Position numbers and translations under genes: made by a program
Source: Selaginella moellendorffii
Taxonomy: Eukaryota; Plantae; Lycopodiophyta
Direction: 5' to 3'
Length of the DNA stretch: 64,000 nt
Assembly: GCF_000143415.4 (NCBI RefSeq)
Contig: NW_003314324.1
Coordinates: forward strand, 286,011 to 350,010
Notes under the pieces: generated by a model
The model's input: only the letters and a program-made list of their open reading frames with translations
Told to the model about the DNA's origin: nothing
Database searches by the model: none
Shown: positions 1 to 11,931 of the stretch, one piece after another
Position numbering within the stretch: the first letter of the stretch is position 1
Layout: every line of letters begins with the position of its first letter

Positions 1-2330
1 GAGCAGGCTGATCAAGAATAGCATGATCTGAAGTCTGGAAAGAACAACATGGTTGATGTAATTGGTAGGTAAAGTGAGATCTGGTAAGCAACTATAAGGT
101 GGGCTGCTTACATGAAATGTCCACATTAATTGTGGGAGCAGACATGTCGATGACAAGGGGCCATGCACTGTTCAGAACAATTTCTCAATGCCTATGGAGA
201 GCAGAGGAAACCACCTTGTGGAGCTCTGGAGCGGCATGTAAAAGTTGGCTAAAAGAAATTTGTGGCTTTTGGTGCTCCAGATCCCCCAAAATGTCGTACA
301 GACGTGTTTCCAGATTGAGAATATAGTAATATTTCTTTTTCTTGTCGGTGCTAACCGAATCCCCTTGATCCCTAGGTGAAGCGCAGTGGGATGAGGTGGC
401 ATTTCCAGAATTAGGGTCTCGTGAGGGGGGAGAGGGAACCGCTTCAAACTGGATTGCAAATCTTGGAGTAACTGCCGCATTAGGGTACGCACTTGGAACA
501 AAGGCAGGAACAGCATGGGTGGGCTGTGCTTTTGCAGCTAGATGCCATGCTTGGCATTTGAGTAGCTGTAGGGAGGAACTGGGTGCAGTTTGAGCCGCAT
601 GGGCCACGGCAAGGGCAGGAATCGTGCTATAGCAGGGCTGGACGACTTACTGTGTCGATTACTGGGTTATTTTTTGGAGCAGATGAGATGGTGAGGCAGT
701 TGTCTTGGGCATGGAGACCTTGCATGTTACAGATGCCGCAGATGGGCTGGTACTCAATTGGTGCTTATGCATTCGGATACTCTGGGAGTGATATGGCCAG
801 GCTGTTGGCAACAAAAGCAGATGATTGGACATCGAGCTTGACCCCTTCCAGGTCCATTACTCGTTCGTGCTGGAGCTGCTGCATAAATGGGTACTAGATC
901 GGGTGTATAACCTTGTAGAACCAGAGGTGGCGATAGATCTTGAAGGAGCTGGGGCTGGACGTGGTAGCTGGGACATGCAGGCATGTGAGGAGCTGGCTGA
1001 GCCGAGGTACCGGGTTTATACATGTAGTGCTCTGACCTGTTATTATTTCGTCTACAGTGCTGGCACTTAACTCAAGCTGGTGCAAGACTTGGGCATTTGC
1101 TGGGATAATGTCCATATCCCTTGCAACAAGTACACCAGATATTCTCACGTTCAGTAATGGGTTGAGGCGGTGTCTAAACTCCTCGAATCCAGTTAAGCTG
1201 AAGCTCGGACATTTTTTTGGTGAGTGTTTTCAAGTCATCACATACTTTGGAGATTTTTTGTGACTGTGGCAGAGTTGAGAGGAAGTAGCCACGGCAGGAA
1301 GTACATGTTGCTAGAGGCAGCTGTAATCGACGGTTCCAGGAAAAAATAAACTCACTAAATCAGTAAGCAAAGGATAACAAAGCAAAGCCAAAGAAAACTC
1401 CTGTGACGCTGGCTGATGACGCTGTGACGCTGCTGATGTTTGCAGGGAGGAAAGGTTGGCGGAATCACTGGAGGACCACCAAGCACTGAAGGAACAGAGT
1501 AGAAAGGCTGTTGGAAGTGAGCCATACTCACGTGGGCTTGCTCCCGACTGGAAGCTGTGGAAATAGCCTCAGCAAGTGTTGTGGGAGTCTGGCCCTTCGT
1601 GAAGAAAGCCAATTCGGGAGGCAGGCTGTTCATGAAGAAGCAAACCTGATCATCCTTGCTGGGAGGAGGGTCCTTTTTAGCAACTAGTCACTGAAACCGG
1701 ATGATAAAACTTTGTAAGCTTTCGTTTGGCAGCAATCGAATGTAGTTAAGTTCCTCACTAACTTGCTGTGCGAATCCCACAGGCCAAAAAGCAGTGAGAA
1801 AGGCTGATCGAAGCAGGTCCCAGGTCGCAATACTGGCTGGTGCAGAATGCTGGGCTTGGAGATACCACTCCAGAGCAGCGTCTTGGAGTAGCAGGGAAGA
1901 ACCAAAGGCGATTGGCTTCATCGGCTTCTTGGTTGGTGATGCCAACAGTCTCAAAGGAATTGAGATGTGTGTCCACATCATTGCCCGCAATGGGCGAAAG
2001 AAGGATACCTCATGTGTGTAAAACGCCTTCCTGGCAGAGGAGGCATTGGCAGGGGCAGCGGTGGTGGTCCACCTCTGGATCCGCCAGTGCCACTCATTCT
2101 TGGAGGAGTAGAAACTGAGATGGGTGGAGGAGGGGCTGGTGATGGGGACGATTGGTACTCGTCCCAAGCTTCCTCATCAAGGTCTGGTGGGGAAGAAGGC
2201 TCCTTGCCTGGTGATGAGGGTCTTACACGAGGAGACGAAAGTGGCGTAGAAAGCGTCGTGCGTAGCAGGCTGCCCGTTTGTCCTGCTGGCCTCGGATTTG
2301 CTCCTCCCGCTCTCAGAATCCAACAAGATT
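1..2330 (-). mobile_element. Degenerate Ty3/gypsy-type LTR retrotransposon internal region (gag with CCHC zinc knuckles, running toward protease; frameshifted)
   Basis: Retrotrans_gag-like LLLQDAALEWY...TWDLLRSAFLTAFW (1688-2167). Gag linker FMNSLPPELAFFTKGQTPTTLAEAI. Knuckles CTCCKGYGHYPSKC (~1090-1135), CFCCQQPGHITP (~780-825) and CGICNMQGLHAQDNC (~695-745). Many stops and frameshifts. Confidence 0.8.
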
Positions 2331-2526
2331 TTAACTAAACGATGGTGCTGCTGTCTAGTCCCAATTGTTCAATGACACTACTTGATTCGGCTGTCCTTGC
2401 TCAGACTCTGTAGGTTTATTGAAGAATGGGCAGTGCACCACCCTGGAACACTTAGCGGTAGGCTTATCACCAAGAAAGTTAATTTACTAACAAAAGTTTG
2501 AGCAAAAAGGTGGCAAGGGAATCTTA

Positions 2527-4485
2527 CTACCAATAATCTCCGCAAGAGCAGCTCCCATCTCGATCGAAGTGGTGGAAGCGGCTGGTGTCCCTCACCACGA
2601 TCCGCCGCTGGGAGATCTTCGCCATGAGCTTCAAAGCAGTGTGGCAATCGCAGCACACTCTCAGGTTCTTCATCACCCGGATAGTTTCCCGCGAGCACGG
2701 CTCCTCGATCAGAGCCAGCGCCACCGCCATCCTCTCGCTGTGGAGCTTGAGCGCCTCGCTCGCCACCTCCGCATCCGCCGCGTATCCCTCCTCGCGCATC
2801 AGCTCATGGATCCTCTCCAGCTCCGCGCGGATCTCCTCGTTTCTCGGGTGGCTCGAATCGCTGGCGGCGAAGCGGTGGAGGCTCCTTCCAATCTCCACGC
2901 AGCTCAATCCCGCGAGCTTGCTCAGCCCCCTCTCGCGGATCACGTCGCGGATCCTGGCGGCGTCGCTGGCCCGCCCGGCGGCGGAGTACATCCCAGCCAG
3001 CGCCACCAGCGGCGCCGCCGAGCGCTCCGGGTCGAGCTCCGCCACCCGCGCCGACGCCAGCTCCGCGAACTCCAGGCGGCGATGGGTCCTGGCGCCTGCC
3101 AGCAGCGCGCCCCAGGCGATCGAGTCGGGCAGGAACGGCATCGTCTCGATGAGATCCCGCGCGTTTTGGAGCTGCCCGGCTCGCGAGAAGAGATCCACCA
3201 TGGCGGAGAAGTGGTCGCGCCACGGGGCGATTCCAAAGTCCGCCACCATCGCCATGAAGCAGCGCACGCCCTCCTCCACAATCCCAATGTGGCTGCACGC
3301 GTTGAGCACGCTCACGAAGGCGATGGCGTCGGGGTGATGCCCCTCGGCCATCATAGCCCGGAAGAGCTCAAGAGCTCGCTGGCCATACCCCGAGTGGGCA
3401 TACGCCGCCACCATCGCCGTCCACGAGACGAGATCACGCTCCGGGAAGCCCGAGAAGAGTACCAAACTCTGCTCGATCCGCCCGGACTGCGCCATCGCCA
3501 CCAGCAGCGTGTTGAAGCTCGCGACGCCCCAGGCGGGCATCCGATCGAAGAGTCTCTTGGCGCCACGGAGACTCAGCCCCTGCGCAAACCCGCCCAGCAT
3601 CGTCGTCCAGGCCACCAGATTCCTCTCGGGCATCGCCAAGAACACGCGCTTCGCTCGATCCAGATCTCCGCCCGCCACTGCCGCTGTGATCGCGATGCTC
3701 TCCGCCACCACTCCCCGCTGGGGGATCTTCAAAAACAAGCTCCAAGCATCCGCCATCTCGCCGCACTCCACGAATCCCTGGAGCATTGTCACCCATGCCA
3801 TGGAGTTCCTCCCCAGCGGCATGGAATCGAAGAGCTTCTTCGCGCCACGCAAGTGCCCGGCTTGGGAATACGCTTGGATCATTGCGGTGTAAGCCACAAC
3901 GCCCGGATCGATCATCTCATCGAACAATATCTTGGCCTCTGTGAGTTTCCCGTGCCTCGCGTAGCCCGTGACGATCGCGTTCCACGTTACGCTGTCCCGG
4001 TTCTCCATCCGATCGAACAAAGCTCTCGCAAGATCCAGATGCCCGGTTCTGGCATATGCTGCGATCATCGTGTTCCAGCCCACGGAATTCCCGTTTCCAA
4101 TCTTCGCAAAGACGCGCTCCATCTCTTCGATGCCATCGCTCTGCGCGTAGGCCCTGAGCATGAGATTGTGAGAGAAGCTGTTCTTGGCGGCGATGCCATC
4201 GAAGATCCGGCGCGCCTGATCGACGCGGCCGCACTTGGCGTACATCTGGATGAGGAGATTGGCGAGGTAAGTGCTGTGGCGGTGGGAGCCGCTGGCCGAG
4301 ATCTCTCGCTCCAGCTCCTGGCCGCGGGGAAGATCTCTGGGGCTCTGGCATGATCGCAGGAGGAACCCAAGACGATCTTCCTCGTCCAGGCCAATGCTCC
4401 GCGATGGCGGATCCGGCGGCGCGTCTGGAGTAGCTCTTGGCGATCGCTTTCGTGCTCCTCGCGAGCGGCGGAAGAGAAGCCTCAT
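2527..4485 (-). CDS. PLS-class PPR protein with E and DYW deaminase domain (organellar C-to-U RNA editing factor), intronless, 652 aa
   Basis: Tandem PPR motifs, HSE...CCDC zinc-binding motif, C-terminal SCSCGDYW. Confidence 0.95.
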   Translation of the reverse strand: MRLLFRRSRGARKRSPRATPDAPPDPPSRSIGLDEEDRLGFLLRSCQSPRDLPRGQELEREISASGSHRHSTYLANLLIQMYAKCGRVDQARRIFDGIAAKNSFSHNLMLRAYAQSDGIEEMERVFAKIGNGNSVGWNTMIAAYARTGHLDLARALFDRMENRDSVTWNAIVTGYARHGKLTEAKILFDEMIDPGVVAYTAMIQAYSQAGHLRGAKKLFDSMPLGRNSMAWVTMLQGFVECGEMADAWSLFLKIPQRGVVAESIAITAAVAGGDLDRAKRVFLAMPERNLVAWTTMLGGFAQGLSLRGAKRLFDRMPAWGVASFNTLLVAMAQSGRIEQSLVLFSGFPERDLVSWTAMVAAYAHSGYGQRALELFRAMMAEGHHPDAIAFVSVLNACSHIGIVEEGVRCFMAMVADFGIAPWRDHFSAMVDLFSRAGQLQNARDLIETMPFLPDSIAWGALLAGARTHRRLEFAELASARVAELDPERSAAPLVALAGMYSAAGRASDAARIRDVIRERGLSKLAGLSCVEIGRSLHRFAASDSSHPRNEEIRAELERIHELMREEGYAADAEVASEALKLHSERMAVALALIEEPCSRETIRVMKNLRVCCDCHTALKLMAKISQRRIVVRDTSRFHHFDRDGSCSCGDYW

Positions 4486-4694
4486 CTATCTCTCTCCATT
4501 TTCGCGCGAGCAAGAAAAAGCATATGCTTGACCATAAAACGAATATCCCAGAAACCGAATATTTTTATTTCAAAAGCATACAGAATAAATACTCCGTACA
4601 TACCACTTTTTTATATACAAGGAATGCAAAGTAAGAAAGAAAATCACTGTAAATTTCCCCGAGACAAAACAGCAGGAAAAAAGAGCGCATTTAC

Positions 4695-5430
4695 TTACTC
4701 CGGAGAATCACTCTCGTCGTCAAAATCGTAGCAAACCAAACTGGGCTGGAGATCAGCTTTGAGTTCTTGGCCAAAATCTCTGCTCTTGCTCTCCTGCTCG
4801 GGAGCGATGATCTTGGGAGCTGCCACACTCGTCGTCCTCCTCGTCTTGGGTGGAGCGATCGCGGTAGCAACACCATCCCCGGACGATTTCCTCTTTTTCT
4901 TGCCATCTCCAAGTCCATCCCAGAGACTGACAACGTCGCTCTTGCGCTGCTGCGAGCTCTTTCGCTTCTCCCTTAGCTTGAGCTGGAGTTGGAGCTGCAG
5001 TTCCATCTTCTCCGCTTCCCTTGCCTGTAAATGTGATTCTGCGACGTCTAATCAGCAACTATCCACGAGAAAAAGGAAGATCGAGGACGAAAGAATGAAG
5101 ATCACTCACCCTTACGTCTGGATCATTGCAGAAATTCGAGGTATGGCCCTTCCTCTTACACCTGAGAGAGGGAGAACCATTGGAGAATGAGCGAAACGAG
5201 GAAAAGGATGCTTACTTGTGACAGGTAACGTTCTTGCAGTTTCGCTGGTGATGCCCTTTCTCTTTACATTTGCTACAAATCACGCCCTCTTCACACTCCC
5301 ACGCCATATGCCCCTTTCTGGAAGATCAAGTCTTTGAAACCTGGCGCTGGAGCGATCGATCGAACGCTTACCTCTTGCATTTGAAGCAGGCTTGGACGCG
5401 CAGCTGACCAGGACGGCCGCGGCTCCCCAT
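4695..5430 (-). CDS. Small zinc-knuckle (3x CX2CX4HX4C) protein, 4 exons: 5430-5372, 5317-5216, 5161-5110, 5024-4695
   Basis: GT-AG splicing gives in-frame MGSRGRPGQLRVQACFKCKRKGHMAWECEEGVICSKCKEKGHHQRNCKNVTCHKCKRKGHTSNFCNDPDVRAREAEKMELQLQ...DFDDESDSPE*. Confidence 0.85.
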
Positions 5431-5489
5431 TCTCTTCTGCCCTACCTAGTTGCTCAAGAACCCTGCTTCTGTCCGTACTAACATGTACG

Positions 5490-7400
5490 AAAAACCTATT
5501 CTTGTTAAATCAAAACAAAAGATATTAATAAAATATTATTGATTAAACTTTACTATGAGTAATAGTATTAATATTAATTAACTGTAATGTTTTAATAGAA
5601 AAACCTCTAAAAAATTATTTAAACTTCTCTTAAAAAATTATAATTATTGTTAATTCTAATTGCATTTCATTAGGATACCAATCATTCTTGAATATAGTTA
5701 TAAAGCTCCGTTCATGAAACATTCTAAAAAAAATTTAATTTATGCTATAAAATGTAAATTACTATTTTATTGAATGTAAATTTTAAAATAGTTAAACAAT
5801 AATGCCTGATTTGGCATAATTTTATATTGCACAACTCTTTACTTATATTTTCCACAAAATAGTTAAGTATTAGAAATTTCACTATTGTAGAAAATATATG
5901 GCACTTCACTAAACTAATTAACACATATGTTACTAAAATTTTTGGGCATTATATTTAAACATACATTGCTGAATAGTCAAGATCAACCTTGCTTAGAATC
6001 TTTTTATATAGGATCTTTTAAAACTTTATAAATTTTTATTTTTAAAATGGAAAAAATTAATTTAAAAATAAAATCACTTTATTCATAAAAAACTAATATA
6101 GAAAATTACATATATTTATTATGTACAATAATTAAAATATTTAAATAACACTGTAGCTTTTTGTATCATTTATTTAAAAATATTATCTAATAAAATTTTA
6201 ATTATAAATAATTTATAAGAAAAGTAAATATTTTGCATTGTTTGAACTAATGTTTATAAAATATATTTACATGCACACTAAATCTATTTATTAATTTTTT
6301 ATTGTATTAAGTTTTATTAAATACTTCTATAACTATTTTCTTGTGTAGCTATTAATATAACTCACTTGCACTTTTTCTTTAATATGTAGAAACAAAAATA
6401 TTGATTAAATTATATATAATCAAATAAAATTTAAAAAACTTTCTAATACATAAGAAAAAATGAAATATTCTGATCTATTATGATTACTGCCACTAGAATT
6501 TTTATTTTATTTGAGATAGTAATACTTTAAATTATATATATAGATATAAAAGACATTTTTAAACTTAAATATAACTGTATATAATAACATGCCAAAGCCT
6601 TAAGATCCCCAAAATTTTAGTTAAAAAACACTTCAAAATCAGATTTATCACCATCATTTTTTATAACTCATTATTATAATTTAGAAAGATTTTAGGGTTA
6701 AATTTTTAATTTTTAACTTATTTTAAATTTAAAGTGTTTTAATAATAAATATGAAAATAAAAAAAATATATATAAAAATTATAAGTTATTTCAAGGAGCT
6801 CCTGCACTTTAGAAAAAGTGTTTTCTTGGGCTTTGCAACCGAATTTAAAAATGGTAACAACTAGGGTAAAAGTAGAGTTAATAGTTTTAATTACTGTGTT
6901 AAGACTTTTTACCTTTTTTTTTAATTAACAAAAAGGTCATAGAAAGATCGATCTGATGCTGATGAGTCACAGCTTCAAGTTTTGGTAATTTTTATATAAT
7001 AAAATGTAAACAGATAGTTTAAAAAATTAAATTATAAAAATTATAAATAAAATTTTTTGCCCTAAATTTTTTGTAAATTATAAAAATGAGTTATAGACAA
7101 TGATAATGGTAAATTTGATTTCAACATGAGTCAAAAATTCAACATTAGGAGGATATCTAAAATTAAAAAAATAACTATTAAGTATTGTAATATAATGTAA
7201 TTCAAGATTTTGCAGTTTTGAATTAAATGCTTGCAAATGGTTTTTATAAAGATAGAGGTAAGAAATATAAATGATAATCCAAATTCTAAGATACAACAAT
7301 TAGTTATTGTGATGGCAAAATTGAGTTTTGAGATATTTTTCTAAAAATGTTTTAGAATTAAATTAAATTTCTACTCAAAAGTTGAAGAAGCTCTCTAAGT
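5490..7400. other. AT-rich, CpG-depleted block, probably old methylated transposon-derived DNA
   Basis: Abrupt shift to very high AT, almost no CG dinucleotides, no credible ORF. No termini identified. Confidence 0.5.
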
Positions 7401-7897
7401 ACAAAAATACATCCACTTCCATTGTTTTCCAAAGCTTCAGCCAGGCCATCACTATTGTCAAAGTTGGCTGGGAATTGGCAACTATGGGGTGAGTGTTAAT
7501 TTCAATTAATCATTGGGAAGAACTTTAAAACTTTTACACATACATGGCCTACAATCATTAGCACATTCAGCATTGGGGAAATGCTCACATAAAGGCAGTG
7601 TTTAAGCTCATCTACATTATTGAGGAGTTCTTGATTCCAGGGCCTACAAACTAATGAAACGAAAAATTTAAGCTTAATAATTTGCTTGATCACAATAAGT
7701 ATACTGCATTTTAGAATATACTTGGTTATTCTGGGTATATTCTTGACACTACAAGCCTTCAAAAATCAAAGAATCTCCCTCACGCCATCCACCAGCATTA
7801 TTCACCCGGCCACCATCTCCAATTTGTACACGAGCTTCCTGCGTGACCCGGTCGTCCTCGTTGTCTCTTTGTTAGTTCTCTTGCGCGTGTCTCTTTG

Positions 7898-9349
7898 TCA
7901 CACGTTTTCCGACACTCGTCTCTCGTCAAATTCTCGGCCGTCTTCTACTTCGTGCTGGGAGACTTTTGTGTAGGGACGCTGAGGTGACGGCTTTGGCGGG
8001 GGCGCGCTAGAGGACGATTCCGGGAGCATCTTTAAGATGATTCCCATGGCGATTAGCAGCAGCCCCGTTACGTGCTGCTCGGTCATTGGCTTCGTGAAGA
8101 TCACGTATGATAGCAAGAGAGTCACTGCCTTTCTCGCTGTGGTCACCTGAGATAACGATTCCAGCTATAGTGTAAACGAATATGTGAAATGGAGAGCGTG
8201 ACTTACCATGGCGGTGGTGGCAGCTCCAAAGAGGGCAATGAGGGAGAGGACGGAGAGTTGGCCTATAAACGTTGCCATCGCTTCAAACACAAGGACCAGG
8301 TAAACATATGGATGCTGCCCAAGTAACAAAGCTTTAGAGTTTTGGAGGAACACAGTTACTAGTGCTTACATTGTAGCATGAGGTCCAAGCTCTGAAGACC
8401 TCGCCAGTCAAAACCATCGGCGGGATCAAGAATGGAAGGCCCACTGCTGTCGAGCAGAATAACATCTCCATCTGGAAGGCACCAGCATTATAATATTTAT
8501 CTTGCGAGGTGAATGTACCTGTGACGTTGCTGGGTTCATGGTAAAAATCGCTTCTTGCAAGTTGCCCAGGAATGAGTCCAACACGAGGGCTCCCACTACC
8601 ATGATCACTCCAAAGATGTGAAAGTTGGGGGAAGTGTGAGCGTCCGCCAGCGTGAATATCACGAGTCCAACAACGAGCATCACTGCCGACACATACTCCT
8701 GGAATGAATATTTTCGTCGTAAGCCAGGAATAAAAGCGCCCATTATCATCACCGGTAGAACCTGCTTGTGTCACGCCCACGTAAGCAGCTAACAAAGAAA
8801 AACAAACCAGAACCAAACCTTGGTGGACTTGAACATTATCTGCGCTGGATAGTTGAGAAACATGAGCGATCCCTTTGTAAGCCCGTGAGATCCCATCAGA
8901 ACCGCAGAGAGCTTGATGTACGTTTTCCAGGGGTTCAAGACATGCTTCACTCGAAATCCTTGCCAGAAAATCAGCGCGAGGTAGACAAATCCCTGGACGA
9001 AGGTGAAGTACCAGCCATAGCTGTAACATAGAAAAAACATCAGCCAAGAGTCCCTCAAACAAAGATGCTCACAAACCTGAATTGGAGGCGATTGTAAACG
9101 TACTCCTGCAAAAATTTGGAGAAAAAGTTTGAAAAGGGCACAGGAAAAAAAAATGATGAACTAAACGCCTCTGGTCTAGCTAGGGAGCACTGATACTGAT
9201 TGCCACACACGCACCTCACAAAGGCCGTTCACGGTGTATCCAAAGAAGAATCCCGCCGAGCAAATCAAGAGCTGGATCCATCGGGGCCTGCCAGTGAGAG
9301 TAATCCCGAGCAATGTAATGACATTATCTTCCGGAGCAGGCTGCCCCAT
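7898..9349 (-). CDS. UDP-galactose/UDP-glucose transporter 2/4-like nucleotide-sugar transporter (UAA/SLC35B family), multi-exon; probable 5'UTR intron ~9385-9501
   Basis: Spliced [44 protein letters not shown]...[40 protein letters not shown]...LGNLQEAIF...[19 protein letters not shown]. Confidence 0.92.
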
Positions 9350-10442
9350 TCTCGCCCGCCCGAGCGCCTCTAGGAACTATCGCCTTCAGAGAGAAGAATA
9401 AATCACTATCAAAGAAAGAAAGCGCATGGCAAGAATCCAATTCAAGCAAGATAGGAGAGATTCCAGAGAGAAATTCCAGAGAAATGCCCGAAATCACTCA
9501 CCTTAACGGTATTCCAGAGCTTCTCAACCGCAGAGAATCCACGGACGCGCCGAGCAGCGCCGATGCTGTGCTCCGGGCGCCAGATATTTCAAAACAAAAA
9601 CAAGGATAGATCCGGGATGCTCGGTACCTGTAGCGCACACGCGATCGGCGCATGCAGAGCACGAAATATCGCGAAATATGCGATCGAAAGCGCGAGCGAT
9701 CGATCGGTCGCTGCGCGCTTGCGCTTCCCCTTCCTAGATGCGTGCGCTGGTAGCTGCGGCAACAAAAAGAAATCGATCGCTTCTATCTGCGAGCAATCCT
9801 CCGCCTCCCCTGGCTAGCGGGAACCCTATGGCGCAATGCAAGGAGCATCCATTGACAAAAGGGCCGGCCTAAAACTATAAAGGACGCCGACGTGGCAAGA
9901 ACGGGGAAACTTCGAAAACTTCGTTTGGACCAGGCCATAATGTGAGAAACTTTCAAACACCACGCCGCTAATCCCTGCTTATACCACTAGTTAAGTGCGA
10001 TTATGTCGATTCTTTTAGCACCATTCTCCTTGCTTGTTCGATGGAAATGGAATCGCAGCTTCTGTTCTTCCAAGATTTGGATCGTGTGTACCCGAAGTTT
10101 GACTTTGATGCTTTGATCGATTTGGAGTGTCCCTGAATTTTTCGGAAAAATTTTAGCGGCAGTATAAGTAGTAAATCAACAATGCAGTTAAAACCGAAAC
10201 TCCGTCCCAGTCACTCCCTGCAGGAAAATACGAAGATTTACCGGAGCACGAGTAACCAGTGAACTTTGCCGAGAGATCGTCGAGCTGTGGATTCAGATTT
10301 CGTTAGAACAACCCTGTCCGGCGAAAACAAAATGGTGAACTTACCAGAGAGTGACGAACTGGCGATTCTCTGACGACGATTCCGTGACGATCGCGTTGAT
10401 TCTAAGTTTGTTGTACCATCGTTTCGTAGAAAAAGTCGCCGC

Positions 10443-11711
10443 TCACGATCTCGCCTTGGTTGGCTTCCTGTTGTAGACCGAGTTCCAAGGCCCGCCATCT
10501 CTCGCGTAGTAATCCATAGGATAATCACCCAGAACGTCTTTGTCACCACAGGAGCAGCACGATGACGAACAATCCAAATGGCCTTCATTCCCCGGAGAAC
10601 ACCTCTTCCACCACGGCCTTGTGAAACCCAGAGCAACTTCCGCCTCGTATGGAGTGAGCAGCGGACGACCGTATGCCTCCCCCCAATCGATCGAAAGCCT
10701 CGGACACGCAATCTGGATCCATGCATCGATGGTTTCTTCCAAAAGTCCAATCTTGGCCGGGGACATCTCGCTCATGAGAAACACCTTGTAGACGACCCCT
10801 CTCTCGGCTAGCCTGTTCTCGAGGTGGCGGAGTATCTGTGGATTCCCTTGCCTGCCTAGAGTTCCCAAGATCACGCCCCAGCTCTTCCCTCTCTGCGCCT
10901 GTTCTATAGCTGCTCTACGCGCCTTTCTCATCCCTGCTTGATCATACTCCTCATTGCTCAAAGCCTTTGTGTATGGATCATACCTGTAAACTTTCAGCCC
11001 CGGGTTTGCGATCATGAAAGCTTCGAGATGGAACCTTCCATCCGCTACAAACACCGCCGCATCGACCGAGCCTTTTGAAATAGCCGGCGCTGTACATCCC
11101 AAAACTTCTCCAGCGGAGAGAGGCTTTGCTTGCGGCACTACCACCTCCGAGAAAAAATCCACCACCCCCATCCTCGCGGAGTGGATCGCCGAAGAGAACT
11201 GGATCGTTCCACAGAGAGCAAGCCGGCTTCCAGCCTCGAAGTTGAACTTAAGAGCCTCGATCATATGCTCGACGTCGATCTGGATGTCCACGAACACATA
11301 GAGGCTGGGAACCTGTGTCACGTCGATCGGAACCAAGCAGCTATGGCCATAGTGGACGAGGAAATCGGCACCAAGAGCAGCGGCAGTGAGATCGTCGATA
11401 CAACAAGCCCCGTAAGTCACATCCCCGAGGACGAAGCACTCCTCCACTGCCGCGAATTCTTCCAGGATATCGCACAGCGGGAGCGCAAACATCTGCAAGC
11501 CCTCTGGGAGCTGGAGCGCGACGCGACGCGCCCCTGCCTGCTTGATCCGCCACACTGTCTTCGGGATCTCCAGATTGTAGTTGGACGGAAGCCTGGCGAT
11601 CGCCGCTCTCAAGCGCGGATCATTGAGAATGCTATCAGGTACCTGTTGCCGCACGAATCGCTTGGGCGGCGCCGCGACTCTCCGGGGCGCCAGAGAAGCC
11701 TCCTCCGCCAT
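10443..11711 (-). CDS. DPH1: Diphthamide biosynthesis protein 1 (2-(3-amino-3-carboxypropyl)histidine synthase subunit 1), intronless
   Basis: LPSNYNLEIPKTVWRI, VALQLPEGL, GDVTYGACCIDD, HYGHSCLVP, GEVLGCTAP, DGRFHLE, ACPRLSIDWG, YPMDYY. Likely start is MAEEASL at 11711. Confidence 0.95.
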   Translation of the reverse strand: MAEEASLAPRRVAAPPKRFVRQQVPDSILNDPRLRAAIARLPSNYNLEIPKTVWRIKQAGARRVALQLPEGLQMFALPLCDILEEFAAVEECFVLGDVTYGACCIDDLTAAALGADFLVHYGHSCLVPIDVTQVPSLYVFVDIQIDVEHMIEALKFNFEAGSRLALCGTIQFSSAIHSARMGVVDFFSEVVVPQAKPLSAGEVLGCTAPAISKGSVDAAVFVADGRFHLEAFMIANPGLKVYRYDPYTKALSNEEYDQAGMRKARRAAIEQAQRGKSWGVILGTLGRQGNPQILRHLENRLAERGVVYKVFLMSEMSPAKIGLLEETIDAWIQIACPRLSIDWGEAYGRPLLTPYEAEVALGFTRPWWKRCSPGNEGHLDCSSSCCSCGDKDVLGDYPMDYYARDGGPWNSVYNRKPTKARS

Positions 11712-11931
11712 AGCTAGGGCACTGCCGTGAAGAACCCTAAAAGAGATTGTACGGAAATGACCGTTGAAACTTTTAACTTGGGGCTTTTGTCGAACGGGTA
11801 GAAACCCTATCTCTTCTTCTTCTTCTTTCGAGAGTCCGCGGCCGCGATCTTCACTAGGTTTTGTGTAGCCGTTGTTCTGATCGATCGGGGGAGCTGGAGT
11901 GTGAGTGAGGATCGTCGAGATTTCGGGCTCG
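11712..11931. promoter_or_regulatory. ~220 bp bidirectional DPH1/TPX2 promoter with telo-box and MSA-like elements
   Basis: AACCCTAA (~11733) and AAACCCTA (11802). CAACGG cores on the minus strand (GACCGTTG ~11759, AGCCGTTG ~11867). Confidence 0.6.

Noticed and set aside
2305-2375. Possible primer-binding site for the retroelement
   Set aside because: No convincing match to a tRNA 3' end, and the LTR boundary cannot be defined from one copy.
2569-4353. 594-aa antisense ORF over the PPR (similar long shadow ORFs at 19947-21743 and 37758-39602)
   Set aside because: Expected from high GC3 codon bias; no recognisable domains.
4695-5430. Zinc-knuckle gene as a domesticated copy of the neighbouring gag
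   Set aside because: No similarity beyond the CCHC pattern. Its introns and spacing fit a cellular knuckle protein.
5474-5489. CGTAC-N6-GTACG hairpin as a Helitron end
   Set aside because: Stem is only 5 bp and there is no correctly placed CTRR terminus.
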